Shown here in pieces: positions 51,374 through 61,241 of a DNA stretch of 64,000 nucleotides. A program made the position numbers and the translations under genes. The notes under the pieces are model-generated. The model was not told the DNA's origin. It worked only from the letters and a program-made list of their open reading frames with translations, and did not search any database. The stretch's first letter is position 1. Every line of letters begins with the position of its first letter. Location of the stretch: positions 32,001 through 96,000 of IMG/VR virus record IMGVR_UViG_3300030110_003594; one strand, written 5' to 3'. The stretch is from a virus.

Positions 51374-54148
51374 TTATTTTTTCTTCTTCTTTTTAGTTTC
51401 ACTTTCCTTTTTTGGAACATCATATTTGTTTTTATTTTCACGTGCAATCTCAAGATTTGTATTAGCAATTTCACGTTGAGTAGCTAATTTTTGTCTATCA
51501 ACATCTATCTTAGATTGATCAAGTGAAGATTTTCTTGCTGACTCTTCTCTTTTAAAATCCATTTGATCTCTATATTGATCTCTTTGCTCCATATCTTTCA
51601 TTGCATCACGGAAATCACTTTGTTGATTTTGATCAATATCTGTTTGTGCACCATAACCTGCAGCTCTAATTTCAGCAACCATAAGATCATTTTTACGTTC
51701 TTCAGCATTTTGTTGAGCTTGGAAGTCACGTTCAGCTTGTTTTTCTTTAGCTTGTGCTTCAAGTTGTTGTTGTTGCATTTCTTGCTGTTGTTGCATTTGA
51801 GCTTGTTTTTCTGCTTGTGTTTTCTCTTCTGCAGATTTAAGAATGTTTGAAACCTCAGCAATTGATTCAGCTTTAATAACACCTCCAAGATCATAAATAC
51901 TTGCTCCTGTAGTATTATTAGTAAGTGCCATTTGTTTTAATTGATCTAGAATAGCTCTATGATTTGTTTTAGTTGTACAGAATATATTAAAATCTCTCAT
52001 TAATAATTCTGTCCCATTAATAGTAAAGTTTACTTTTTCTGCTTCACTGGATATATAGTTTAATCTTACACTTGGCATTTTACTATGATAGTATTGTGAA
52101 AGATCAGTTCTCATTTGATGTACCCTTGGCATAAGATTATCTGAATGTTGAATAAAGTACATCTCTGTTTGTGCATAAGAAGCTTGTATAGCTTGTTGTA
52201 CACCTGTTGCAGTTTGTCTTGCAACTTCTTGCCCCATTCTTTGTGGATTAACACCAATTGCTTCAAATGCTTGATTCTTGAAATGATTTGCTAATTGAAT
52301 TCTTGACATTAATCTTCCTGACTGTTCAAGATTTAAAGTTTGATAATGATTAAAGTTTGTAGCATTTTCTGTATTAGTAATTGAAGTATCTAATGGTAAC
52401 ATACCAAAATCCTTCATTGCTACATAAGCTTTAGCCATATTATTTTTACCCCAGTCTTCACCCATTGAATGACGTGGTAATGCATTTTGATCAAACATAA
52501 TAACAGTTCCCAACTCATCTACTAGAATATCTGCTATTTGATTATTAACCATATTATAACCTACTTGATAAGGTTTCATTAAATCAACAAGTGATGTTGA
52601 TCTTGTATTTCTATCTGAAAATACTCTTCCTTCAATTGGAAGTTTAACTCCATATAAGTTGTTATCTCCTTTAAATTGGAATTGTACTCTACCTGGAGTT
52701 GCTTTATTTATGCCTAAGTATATTGGATTAAAGTCTGTTCCTGATTCTGTTCTCCAAGAATTAGGTAAATTTCTTCCTATTTTAACTCCACCCCAAACTT
52801 CATTTACCCAGATCCAATCTACATGTTCTCCTTCTGCAAGATTATCTTTTGTTTTATTTTTAAACAGGTTTGTATTATAAATAGGTTTATGTGTTGTTTT
52901 AAAATTTTCATCAACTATTAATTGTTCTACTTCTCCATCTGTATGTACTCTTGTAAGATGTCCCACCTTTCTTTGTGTCTTCCAATAAATAGTGGAAACT
53001 CTTAACATGTCTGTTGTACCCCATGCGTTAATATCTTCTCCTTGACTTAATATTTCACTTACTACATCTCCTCCACCTCCTGGATTAGTTGCCCAGTTTG
53101 TCATAAATTGTCTATATGCTAATGAAGGTGCATTAGTATTCCACTTATGAGATTTAGTAGCATCATAGAATGAACCATCATTTTGTACTGGATAATTCAT
53201 ATAAATAGCTGATTTAGCTGGATGGATAGCCTCTAATGACTCTAATTGTTTTTTAGTCATTAAATATCCATATGTATCTATAACATCTGAAATAGTTAAC
53301 ATTTCACATTTACCACCATAATTAGAATCTGATATATATCTTACATCTGGAGACTTTTGATAAAAGGTGAGAACAGGATTCCATAATTCAACATCATAGT
53401 CATCTTCTAACATACGGAAGTGCCAGAACTCTCTATCACAAATAAGCATATCACGGAATGCTCTTTCTTCAAGTTCCTGCATTTTAAATCTTTCTTCATC
53501 AACTCTCATTTGATGGGAAGCCCATTCTTCTACAAGACTTCTATAATCTTTTGTAAAAAATTCTTCTATTTCAGGTAATGACTTAAGTCTTTCCGGTGCT
53601 AACTGTTCTTGTGCATCAGCTGCATTAGGATCCATTCCCATCTCAATCATTTGTTGAGTAACTTTAGCTTGTGCATCATTTAATAGATTTTCCTCTATTA
53701 ACTTTCTTTTATCTTCCATCATTTCATTATATGAAAGATCATCTACTGCTCTAAACTGAACTCTTGAAAATCTTTTAGAAAATTCTCCTGAAAGAACATT
53801 AATAACATTTGGAATTATAGGATAGAATTTAAGTTCTAAAGCAGACTCATCCTCTTTAGTTAGAACTTCCATTAATTCTTTATATTGATTATCTTCTTCA
53901 ATTATATAATCAGATTTATCAATAATACCTTTTGCAAGTTTATAGTTTTTTAATAATTTTCTTGAATTTCTTCTAAGAAAGTTTATACCTTGTTCTTCTA
54001 ACCAATCCAAATTCCAAGCAGCCCAATCTAAATTCTTTTTCTTTGATGACAAGAATTGAATAGGTTGTGTTAAGCTTGATGTAGCTGGATACTTAGATTG
54101 TTTGGCTTTAGCACCATTCTTCAGTTGAAGAGCATTAAGTATTTGCAT
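51374..54148 (-). CDS. Portal protein
   Basis: 924 aa after TerL. Motifs YPIIPNVINVLSGE, SLVDLMKPYQ and IGVNPQRMG, plus a C-terminal Q-rich coiled coil. Confidence 0.88.
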   Translation of the reverse strand: MQILNALQLKNGAKAKQSKYPATSSLTQPIQFLSSKKKNLDWAAWNLDWLEEQGINFLRRNSRKLLKNYKLAKGIIDKSDYIIEEDNQYKELMEVLTKEDESALELKFYPIIPNVINVLSGEFSKRFSRVQFRAVDDLSYNEMMEDKRKLIEENLLNDAQAKVTQQMIEMGMDPNAADAQEQLAPERLKSLPEIEEFFTKDYRSLVEEWASHQMRVDEERFKMQELEERAFRDMLICDREFWHFRMLEDDYDVELWNPVLTFYQKSPDVRYISDSNYGGKCEMLTISDVIDTYGYLMTKKQLESLEAIHPAKSAIYMNYPVQNDGSFYDATKSHKWNTNAPSLAYRQFMTNWATNPGGGGDVVSEILSQGEDINAWGTTDMLRVSTIYWKTQRKVGHLTRVHTDGEVEQLIVDENFKTTHKPIYNTNLFKNKTKDNLAEGEHVDWIWVNEVWGGVKIGRNLPNSWRTESGTDFNPIYLGINKATPGRVQFQFKGDNNLYGVKLPIEGRVFSDRNTRSTSLVDLMKPYQVGYNMVNNQIADILVDELGTVIMFDQNALPRHSMGEDWGKNNMAKAYVAMKDFGMLPLDTSITNTENATNFNHYQTLNLEQSGRLMSRIQLANHFKNQAFEAIGVNPQRMGQEVARQTATGVQQAIQASYAQTEMYFIQHSDNLMPRVHQMRTDLSQYYHSKMPSVRLNYISSEAEKVNFTINGTELLMRDFNIFCTTKTNHRAILDQLKQMALTNNTTGASIYDLGGVIKAESIAEVSNILKSAEEKTQAEKQAQMQQQQEMQQQQLEAQAKEKQAERDFQAQQNAEERKNDLMVAEIRAAGYGAQTDIDQNQQSDFRDAMKDMEQRDQYRDQMDFKREESARKSSLDQSKIDVDRQKLATQREIANTNLEIARENKNKYDVPKKESETKKKKKK

Positions 54149-54151
54149 ATC

Positions 54152-54220
54152 TTATTTTTTTAGTATATATACTACAGGAATATCTCCCCATGTTGTTGTT
54201 GTTGTCCAATAATTTTTCAT
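54152..54220 (-). CDS. Putative 22-aa micro-ORF MKNYWTTTTTWGDIPVVYILKK
   Basis: ATG overlaps the TerL TGA (ATGA), and the ORF fills the TerL-portal gap. Confidence 0.4.
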   Translation of the reverse strand: MKNYWTTTTTWGDIPVVYILKK

Positions 54221-56409
54221 TTTATATTTTTAAAAGGTGACTTTTTAAATTTTTTACTATTTGACAATTTTCTATTTCTCCCTAAATTCTTAAAAGGGTT
54301 CATAGATAATTTATACAAATTTTGTGAATTATCCAAGTTATTTGCTGACTTATCACTCTCTTTACGTTTTAAATAGCCTCTATTTGACTGTTGAACTCTT
54401 GCAAATGCTATTAATGAAGAAAATGCTACTAGTCTATCCACGTTTAATCCTGGATAATATTGTGACATTTCAGTTAGTAACATTGGATCAGGAATTCTTT
54501 CTATTCCAAAAGTTTGTTTAACTACTTCACCATTGTCATCTAACTCTTCGTCTATTGCTTCTCTTATATATTCTATTGCATAAGAGATTAAATGATTTTT
54601 AAATAATGTACCTGTATTTTTCCAACCATATTCTTGATATACTGTTCTATTTGAACCAAGGTCTTTTAGAAATAAAACTTGTTGTTTAGGTACAAGATAT
54701 TTTTGTTTTCTTCTTGCAATCATATGTTGTATAAACAAAGATATATTATTTTCAACAATAGTCCAAGCTTTATACCATTCTATGATCATTTCTAATCTTT
54801 CATGAGTTTTGTTTATATCATCAAATCTACCACACCATGCTGCAACAATTTTATCTTTCTCAATAAATGTTTCCTTACCATCTGGAGTTTCTCTTGTAAT
54901 TTCTACAGGATTTTTATAAACAAATATACTACATAATGAATCTGATGTAGTTGTCTTACCTTCTGATACAGGGTCAATAGATGCATAATACATTCCAAAG
55001 TCTGGATTCTTAACAGGTCTTTCCCATACAACTATTGATCCTGTTTTATCCTCCATTTTTTTCTTTACAGGAAAATGAGATATAGGTAATTTTTTTGTTC
55101 TACTTGCTACTATTCCTTTTTCATCTCTTTCTAATTTTATAAACTCATATGAATATTCTTTATCCTCAATTTTTTTCATTTGTCTTGCAATTAGATTTTG
55201 AGGAAAAACGGCTTCTTGTCTATAAGCAAATGCTTCTGCTATATTAACTGGTTTCTGAGATATACGTAATTGATATTGCTCAGGTGCTAAATCTTTTTGC
55301 CATTGTGCTCTTTCATCTTCAATTGCTTTGAGAGATTCTTTAATTAATGAATTTCCATATTTATCAATATGTGGAGGCATAGACCATTGTTCTGGAATAA
55401 ATAATCCTGCAACACCTATACCACCTTTATCATCCATAAGATCAGTTTCTACAGCATATATATCATTTGATTGTGGATTAAGAATAAATTCTTTTAATGG
55501 ATTACATTGATTAAGATCACCTACTGATCCTGCTGCAATAAACATACCTGTTGTCATCATACCTGATGTCATAGCTGGTCTGATATACTCATATGTTTGA
55601 TCCATCTTTGGAGCAATACCAGCTTCTTCATGAAAAAAGAAAGTACAAGGTCCACCTACACCTGTTGTTGCATTTTTTTCAAAAGATGCACCTTGTATTT
55701 TAGACATAAGTCCTTTGTTGGTTTTTCTATTATTTATTCTTACTTCTATCTTTTGTTCCCAAAGTAATACTTTTTCTGGAGTACATGGTCTATACCATGC
55801 TGTATGTTCATTAAGAAATGTTTTATATTCATCTAAGAATTTCCAGGATCCTTTATCATTTATATAATCTTTAAGTGATGCTCCTATTTTACATATTGAT
55901 CCTTCTTCAAACCAAAATTGATTTATGATTTTTCCCATATGAAAGTATGAAGAAGCTATTTGTCTTTTTTTTAGAATTGCTGCATGTTTATAATGTAATT
56001 CAGCTAGTATTTCATATAAAGCCATATGATATTGAGCATCTCTTACTTTTGCAAAACCATATTTTTTTTCTTCTTTATCAAAAATTGGTAAGAAGTTTAA
56101 CCACATATAATAATCTCTGGTTAAATAAAATACATTCTTTTTACCATGAAAGAACACACCATTTTTACATTTATCTTTTTGATCTTCCCAATATTTTATA
56201 TAATCTTTAGATCTAAATGGTTTATCACAATAAAATCCTTGTTTATCAAAATTTTTTGCTTGTTCATTAAACAGTAAAGCTGCATCATCAAATTCATATT
56301 GTCCAGGTTCTTTAAAAAGATCAATAAGATACTTAGTGAATTCTTCTCTTGTTTCAAATTCAGTAGTATCCCATTTACCATCTTTATATGTTGGAACTGT
56401 TTTATACAT
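54217..56409 (-). CDS. terL: Terminase large subunit
   Basis: Walker A-like KKRQIASS, Walker B FFFHEEAG, RNase H-like SIDP and a C-terminal Asp. No intein-sized insertion. Confidence 0.92.
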   Translation of the reverse strand: MYKTVPTYKDGKWDTTEFETREEFTKYLIDLFKEPGQYEFDDAALLFNEQAKNFDKQGFYCDKPFRSKDYIKYWEDQKDKCKNGVFFHGKKNVFYLTRDYYMWLNFLPIFDKEEKKYGFAKVRDAQYHMALYEILAELHYKHAAILKKRQIASSYFHMGKIINQFWFEEGSICKIGASLKDYINDKGSWKFLDEYKTFLNEHTAWYRPCTPEKVLLWEQKIEVRINNRKTNKGLMSKIQGASFEKNATTGVGGPCTFFFHEEAGIAPKMDQTYEYIRPAMTSGMMTTGMFIAAGSVGDLNQCNPLKEFILNPQSNDIYAVETDLMDDKGGIGVAGLFIPEQWSMPPHIDKYGNSLIKESLKAIEDERAQWQKDLAPEQYQLRISQKPVNIAEAFAYRQEAVFPQNLIARQMKKIEDKEYSYEFIKLERDEKGIVASRTKKLPISHFPVKKKMEDKTGSIVVWERPVKNPDFGMYYASIDPVSEGKTTTSDSLCSIFVYKNPVEITRETPDGKETFIEKDKIVAAWCGRFDDINKTHERLEMIIEWYKAWTIVENNISLFIQHMIARRKQKYLVPKQQVLFLKDLGSNRTVYQEYGWKNTGTLFKNHLISYAIEYIREAIDEELDDNGEVVKQTFGIERIPDPMLLTEMSQYYPGLNVDRLVAFSSLIAFARVQQSNRGYLKRKESDKSANNLDNSQNLYKLSMNPFKNLGRNRKLSNSKKFKKSPFKNIK

Positions 56410-56674
56410 CTTCTATAGCCCAAACATCTTGTTGTTTAAGTAATATGTGATCTTCATCCATATGTGTTACTTTAACTGGTTGTATAAATTGATTAAACAA
56501 TACAATTTCACCTTCATATATTCCTTTTACATCTTCACCTATACCTACTACAGTTCCTCTATCTTCTTTTTCTTGATTAGATTCTGGAATATAAATTCCT
56601 GTATCACCATAGGTTTCTTTTGCTTTGTGTTGTCTAATTAGGAGTCTATCTCCCACTGGTCTAATTTTGCTCAT
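56402..56674 (-). CDS. groS: Co-chaperonin GroES (Cpn10)
   Basis: IRPVGDRLLI...TGIYIP...GTVVGIG...GEIVLF...ILLKQQDV matches the Cpn10 signature. Confidence 0.9.
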   Translation of the reverse strand: MSKIRPVGDRLLIRQHKAKETYGDTGIYIPESNQEKEDRGTVVGIGEDVKGIYEGEIVLFNQFIQPVKVTHMDEDHILLKQQDVWAIEDV

Positions 56675-56693
56675 TTTAATTTGGTTTTAATTA

Positions 56694-57212
56694 TTACATT
56701 TGGTCATAAGCCAAGCCTTGTCCACCACGTACTTGACTTTTTTGTTCATCTTTCATATCATTATACGCTCCTTTAAATGATTGTCTTATACTATCAAACT
56801 TAGCAGCTGTATTTACTAATGCTGTAAGATTACCATCTCTCCCATGCTCTATTTGAGTTTTTTCCATATATCTTGCTAATCTATCTAACATTGTCTTAAT
56901 ACCTTTATATGCTCTATATGTTGGTGTATGATAAAGTTCTTCACAAAGTTTAATAGCATTTCTTATAGTTTCATCTTCTGGAGATTCTTCTAAACCTACT
57001 TCATCTATTATTAATTCTTCTTTTTCATGTTCTGTCATATTAAAAAAAGGATTCATATCTGGATCTGGACAAGTCATATAAAATATAAATAAATATACCT
57101 CCATATATGTATCTGGATATTTATCCATAATACCTTTAAGTGTTTTTATAGAGTAACAGTGTTCTGATGGAATCACTTTACCATTTTGTACATCAAATAA
57201 TTTTACTAACAT
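56694..57212 (-). CDS. Conserved helical protein upstream of TerL (possible terminase small subunit)
   Basis: 172 aa, ending ...VRGGQGLAYDQM. Function assigned from position only. Confidence 0.35.
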   Translation of the reverse strand: MLVKLFDVQNGKVIPSEHCYSIKTLKGIMDKYPDTYMEVYLFIFYMTCPDPDMNPFFNMTEHEKEELIIDEVGLEESPEDETIRNAIKLCEELYHTPTYRAYKGIKTMLDRLARYMEKTQIEHGRDGNLTALVNTAAKFDSIRQSFKGAYNDMKDEQKSQVRGGQGLAYDQM

Positions 57213-58039
57213 TGTGGATTATCTTTAAGCCACATAACAAGACTATTAACTTCATCTTTTAAATATGGCAATTCATACATTTTAATTTCTTTAATAATTG
57301 GTTCTCCTTGATCATTATACTTAGTGATAGGATAACCAAACTTGTTTTCACCTTCTTTTTCAAATGATACATGCTGTATTTGTAATTTACCTATTTTTAA
57401 TTTAGGATTATGTTTTTTGATTATATATGCATATAAACTTAATTGCAAATTATAATGTTTTAAATTACAATCATCAAGGTTATTAACAGGATTATACATT
57501 TTAGCTGTTATACCCTCCCAATTTGTAAATCCTTTTTCTTTAATTTCTTTATTAGTTTTATAATCTAAAATATTTATTTTACCATTAACAATACTAACAA
57601 GATCAGCCTGTCCACATATACCTAATGATTTTAAATAAACAAAATGTTCAGGGTATACACCATCTTTTAATTTTTGTTCAGGTGCAATCTTTATACCATT
57701 ATCATCTGTTATTGGTCTTACAATTGGAACTTCAGTTCCGTCTCTTTCAATAGTATCCCATTCACATAAATTTTCTTCTCTCTGATCATGGTACCAATTA
57801 CCAAGTTTAATTGCTCTCTGTGTTTCAGTATCCCAGGCATCAGTAATTTCTTTAGGTGTCATACCATACCATTTAGATCTTTTGTTCTTAGATGATTTCT
57901 TAGCTTGACCATCTCTATCAAATTTGGGTTTAAACATACCTACAAAACTAGTAACACTAGTCCATTTAATTTGATCTTTTTCTAGATCTTCATTAAGGCT
58001 TTCATATATATGTCCTTTTTCTTTAAATATTACCGGCAT
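57206..58039 (-). CDS. PD-(D/E)XK nuclease
   Basis: SVT, GNWYH, PEHFVY, GQADLV, ILDYKT and YNLQLSLYAY motifs. Confidence 0.85.
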   Translation of the reverse strand: MPVIFKEKGHIYESLNEDLEKDQIKWTSVTSFVGMFKPKFDRDGQAKKSSKNKRSKWYGMTPKEITDAWDTETQRAIKLGNWYHDQREENLCEWDTIERDGTEVPIVRPITDDNGIKIAPEQKLKDGVYPEHFVYLKSLGICGQADLVSIVNGKINILDYKTNKEIKEKGFTNWEGITAKMYNPVNNLDDCNLKHYNLQLSLYAYIIKKHNPKLKIGKLQIQHVSFEKEGENKFGYPITKYNDQGEPIIKEIKMYELPYLKDEVNSLVMWLKDNPQC

Positions 58040-58442
58040 CTCTCTTTTTTTGTTGTTCTTTTAATTTTTTAAAATGTTCTTCCTTCAATTTATTTATTTT
58101 TGCATCATAAGCTTTTTTAGCTTCATGACTTAGATACACTTGTTTTTTTAATTTATCTTCCATTTCTGGTGTCATAATTGCATCCCATCTTCCTTTTGGA
58201 CAATCAGAAGACATAGCTCTTATTTTAAGACCAATACTACAACCACAATCTGAACAGCAAGGTTGTGTTTTAGGAACTGCACAACTTTTTCCTTCTCTAT
58301 CTAATAAAGGACATATTTTACATTCTTGCCATCTTAATTTAGCAACAGCTTCTATATCATCATTTTTAAAAATTTTATTTTTTATACCTTCAGCAATTTG
58401 ATCTAAATTACCTAATGCACTTAATAGTTTACTTATTCTCAT
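58023..58442 (-). CDS. Small Cys-rich putative zinc-binding protein
   Basis: CKICP...CSDCGC...CPKGRW. Start placed at ATG 58442. Confidence 0.6.
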   Translation of the reverse strand: MRISKLLSALGNLDQIAEGIKNKIFKNDDIEAVAKLRWQECKICPLLDREGKSCAVPKTQPCCSDCGCSIGLKIRAMSSDCPKGRWDAIMTPEMEDKLKKQVYLSHEAKKAYDAKINKLKEEHFKKLKEQQKKRDAGNI

Positions 58443-58788
58443 CTTTAAACTTTTTTTTATTCTCAATATTTTTTTCAATTGTCTCTAATAAATCTTCCAT
58501 AGCTTTTAATTTTTGTTTTACTGGTATAGATTTATCATATCCATCAAATGTCATTTTTTCTAAATTACCTAATATATCTTTATTTCTTTTAATATTGTTT
58601 TTCAATTTACCAACTCTAATTGAAAAGGTACCAAGATTAGGTATGTTAATCTTGGGATGTTTTAAATCTGATAAATTTTTTCTAACTCTATCATAGAAAA
58701 AAAATATAAAATCAGATACTAAATCTTTATGAACCTTTGCTTCTTCAGCAATGTCATCATAGAAGGATTTATAATTCTTGGGATTCAA
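58429..58788 (-). CDS. HU/IHF-like DNA-binding protein
   Basis: DIAEEAKV...KINIPNLGTFSIR matches the HU signature. Confidence 0.7.
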   Translation of the reverse strand: MNPKNYKSFYDDIAEEAKVHKDLVSDFIFFFYDRVRKNLSDLKHPKINIPNLGTFSIRVGKLKNNIKRNKDILGNLEKMTFDGYDKSIPVKQKLKAMEDLLETIEKNIENKKKFKDENK

Positions 58789-59140
58789 TTCCTAAAATTT
58801 TAAAATCTAAAAACAATGTACCTTCAATCTGTATATCCATAGCAGGATTAAGAGATATTGTTTTTTTATTATTTCCTTTTTTTACTATTAGTCCTTTCTT
58901 TTCTGCTTTTGATAAAGCATTTCTACAAGATTGAGGACTTTTAAATATTCCTAATTCAGATATTTTTTCACAAAATAAAGTTAATTCAATTCCTTCCATT
59001 AAAGCTAAAGAGTATAGACAATTCAGATCAGATGTGCTTATTTGAATATTATTAAAGAAGCAGTAGGTAAGGATTTGGTATTGTATAACCTCATCCTTAC
59101 TTACTTTAATCTTTTTATCTATTTTATTAACTAAAGCCAT
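58769..59140 (-). CDS. Putative winged-HTH DNA-binding protein
   Basis: SPQSCRNALSKAEKKGLIVK...ISLNP looks like a helix plus wing. Confidence 0.5.
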   Translation of the reverse strand: MALVNKIDKKIKVSKDEVIQYQILTYCFFNNIQISTSDLNCLYSLALMEGIELTLFCEKISELGIFKSPQSCRNALSKAEKKGLIVKKGNNKKTISLNPAMDIQIEGTLFLDFKILGIESQEL

Positions 59141-59751
59141 GTTGTTGGAATATCATCACTATCAAGCAAAGTATATGTAAAGTTATTACTCCAAGTATCT
59201 CTTGCTTTTCTCATTATTTTCATAAACTTAGTCCAATCATCATTAGCTGCAATTACTTGACAACCTGCTGACCATTTATCTACTTGACTAGATTTTTTAC
59301 CAGCATATTTAGTTGCTCTATGAATATTAATACCAAATAATCCTGTATCTGTATTCTCTGTATTAAGATTATACATATCATCTCTATTATTATCACGGTA
59401 AACTGTTACATTGTTTTGTTGTCCTAATGCTTCATATCTACCTTGATGTTTTCTAATTTTATGAGATTTTGGATATTGTCCAGGTTTTAAAATTGCAGTA
59501 CCTTTACTTTTTAAAATAGGACTATCCATATAATGAGTTCCTGGATCAGTGGTGCAATCAAATTCATGATATTGCCACTCACCATTTATCTTATATGATA
59601 GAGTCATTAAATCATCAAATGCGTTTGTAACCTTATTCTTAGTTAAAGAATTTCTCACTCCAACTATATTTACGTTATAGTCACCAGATTCAAAAAACTT
59701 GTACCCCTTAGTTTCTAGTGCTCTCTTTATATGATCTACACTATACTTCAT
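59131..59751 (-). CDS. Putative endolysin, YkuD/L,D-transpeptidase-like fold
   Basis: NIVGVRN, TTDPG, GQY and GINIHRA...WSAGCQV (His/Cys pair). Start placed at ATG 59751 (MKYSVDH), since the longer track ORF overlaps the upstream gene. Confidence 0.7.
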   Translation of the reverse strand: MKYSVDHIKRALETKGYKFFESGDYNVNIVGVRNSLTKNKVTNAFDDLMTLSYKINGEWQYHEFDCTTDPGTHYMDSPILKSKGTAILKPGQYPKSHKIRKHQGRYEALGQQNNVTVYRDNNRDDMYNLNTENTDTGLFGINIHRATKYAGKKSSQVDKWSAGCQVIAANDDWTKFMKIMRKARDTWSNNFTYTLLDSDDIPTTWL

Positions 59752-60106
59752 TGCTTTGTCTTTTAAGGGTTCTTTTAATTTGTTCTGCTGCTTCAGAACC
59801 TGATACTTTACTTGTATCAAATGACATTTTTTGTTCCTGTGTTGCAGGATTAGCAGGTGCTTCTTCACCATCTTCTGGTGGTGTAGCCATTGTTTGAGCA
59901 ATAAACATTTGTGCTTGTAATCTTTCAGCACGTGTTTTCTCAATGTCTCTTAAAAGTTCTTCATACTCTTTTTGAACTTTAAGGTGAGGAATATTTTCTT
60001 CATAATATGAAGTAATTTCCTTTCTTCTGTTATCTAAATCTTCTTTAGATATGTTTTCTCCACTTGAGTCTTCAACTGGAGATGTTGATTTTTTAGATTT
60101 TGCCAT
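59741..60106 (-). CDS. Hypothetical coiled-coil protein
   Basis: Intact 121-aa ORF with an A-rich leader and a promoter-like element upstream. Confidence 0.6.
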   Translation of the reverse strand: MAKSKKSTSPVEDSSGENISKEDLDNRRKEITSYYEENIPHLKVQKEYEELLRDIEKTRAERLQAQMFIAQTMATPPEDGEEAPANPATQEQKMSFDTSKVSGSEAAEQIKRTLKRQSNEV

Positions 60107-60141
60107 CTTTTAAAATTTTAAATTAATAATTAAATTCTTGG

Positions 60142-60149
60142 CAAATATA
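60142..60149 (-). promoter_or_regulatory. Bacteroidota -7 element TATATTTG
   Basis: Exact TAnnTTTG match in the intergenic region upstream of 60106. Confidence 0.55.
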
Positions 60150-60196
60150 TAAAAAAAGTTTAAATAAAAAAAGTTTAAAGGTTTTTTTTATTTTTT

Positions 60197-60856
60197 TTAA
60201 TGATACCCGTTCAAAAGTTCTAAAAGATTATCTATTGCACTATGTCTATGAGAATCTTCTAATACAGTTTTAAATACATAATCTGAATTAGTTAATTTAG
60301 CCATATCATGATATGCAGACCAATTTTTATCTTTTAGATCTATTTGGTATGAATCACCACAAAATATCATCTTTGAATCTTTACCAAGTCTACCTATACA
60401 CATAGCAAGTTGTGATCTTGTTAGATTTTGAAACTCATCTACTATTACCACACTATTATCAAAGGTTCTTCCACGGAAATGAGCTAAAGATACAAGTTCT
60501 ATACTTTCTTCTTTTTCCATTTTTTCAAGAAGATTAGGTTTATTATAGATTTTACGCATATTAGAACGTATAGGTACAAGCCACGGTTCCATTTTTTCAC
60601 GTTCAGATCCTGGTAAGAAACCATTATCTTCAGTTGATACAGTAGGTCTTGTAATTATTATCTTGTTAAATTGGCGTTTAAAGAATTGATCAAGGGCTAT
60701 TTGAACAGCTAATAATGTTTTACCTGATCCTGCTTTACCAACTACAAAGTTAAAAGGATGTTTTAATATTTCTGTCTTAGCTTTCTTCTGTTCTTCAGAA
60801 AGGCTAAGAGAGAATCTTACAGACCCTTTAGGAGGAGTCTTTTGTTTATTTGTCAT
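60197..60856 (-). CDS. phoH: PhoH-like ATPase
   Basis: GKAGSGKT, IITRP, GFLPG, RGRTFDNS, VDEFQN, GDSYQIDL and HRH motifs. Confidence 0.93.
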   Translation of the reverse strand: MTNKQKTPPKGSVRFSLSLSEEQKKAKTEILKHPFNFVVGKAGSGKTLLAVQIALDQFFKRQFNKIIITRPTVSTEDNGFLPGSEREKMEPWLVPIRSNMRKIYNKPNLLEKMEKEESIELVSLAHFRGRTFDNSVVIVDEFQNLTRSQLAMCIGRLGKDSKMIFCGDSYQIDLKDKNWSAYHDMAKLTNSDYVFKTVLEDSHRHSAIDNLLELLNGYH

Positions 60857-60862
60857 AAATGA

Positions 60863-61078
60863 TTATTTAGATTTAACCTTTTCAAATGTACTAATACCAA
60901 AACAACCCAGTGTTACTAACACAAAAGAATTGTAAATAGTATTATTAATGATAAGCTCTTGACCACAAAGACCGGTTATTAAATCTGTAATAGCAAATAA
61001 TACCATAAGAACAAAAGATGCAAAGCCTACAATAGCTTTCTCATTAATGTCATTTTGATCTTTGAACAATTTCCACAT
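60863..61078 (-). CDS. Small two-TM membrane protein, holin candidate
   Basis: 71 aa, two hydrophobic segments and a basic C-terminus, near the endolysin candidate. Confidence 0.5.
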   Translation of the reverse strand: MWKLFKDQNDINEKAIVGFASFVLMVLFAITDLITGLCGQELIINNTIYNSFVLVTLGCFGISTFEKVKSK

Positions 61079-61080
61079 AA

Positions 61081-61239
61081 TTAAAGTACATTATTAGGTC
61101 CCATTTCCATACCGTAAGGACATCCACATCCTTGCACTTGAGGGCTTTTTACTTGTGTGTTTTTAACTGCTCCTCCTTTTTTGTATAAGCTCTTAGGCAT
61201 AGTCCCTTTTTTTGTTGCAGGTTTAATTTTTTTTGCCAT
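61081..61239 (-). CDS. Small basic protein (52 aa) carrying a YKKGG motif
   Basis: Translated by hand: MAKKIKPATKKGTMPKSLYKKGGAVKNTQVKSPQVQGCGCPYGMEMGPNNVL. Fills the gap between its neighbours. Confidence 0.65.
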   Translation of the reverse strand: MAKKIKPATKKGTMPKSLYKKGGAVKNTQVKSPQVQGCGCPYGMEMGPNNVL

Positions 61240-61241
61240 AA

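Noticed and set aside
106-58934. Numerous short plus-strand ORFs and nested alternative-frame minus-strand ORFs in the track
   Set aside because: They are shadows of long minus-strand genes, with low-complexity antisense-type composition and no independent signals.
59752-59943. N-terminal extension of the endolysin-like ORF given in the track
   Set aside because: It overlaps the 59741-60106 gene in another frame and reads as shadow sequence. ATG 59751 fits better.
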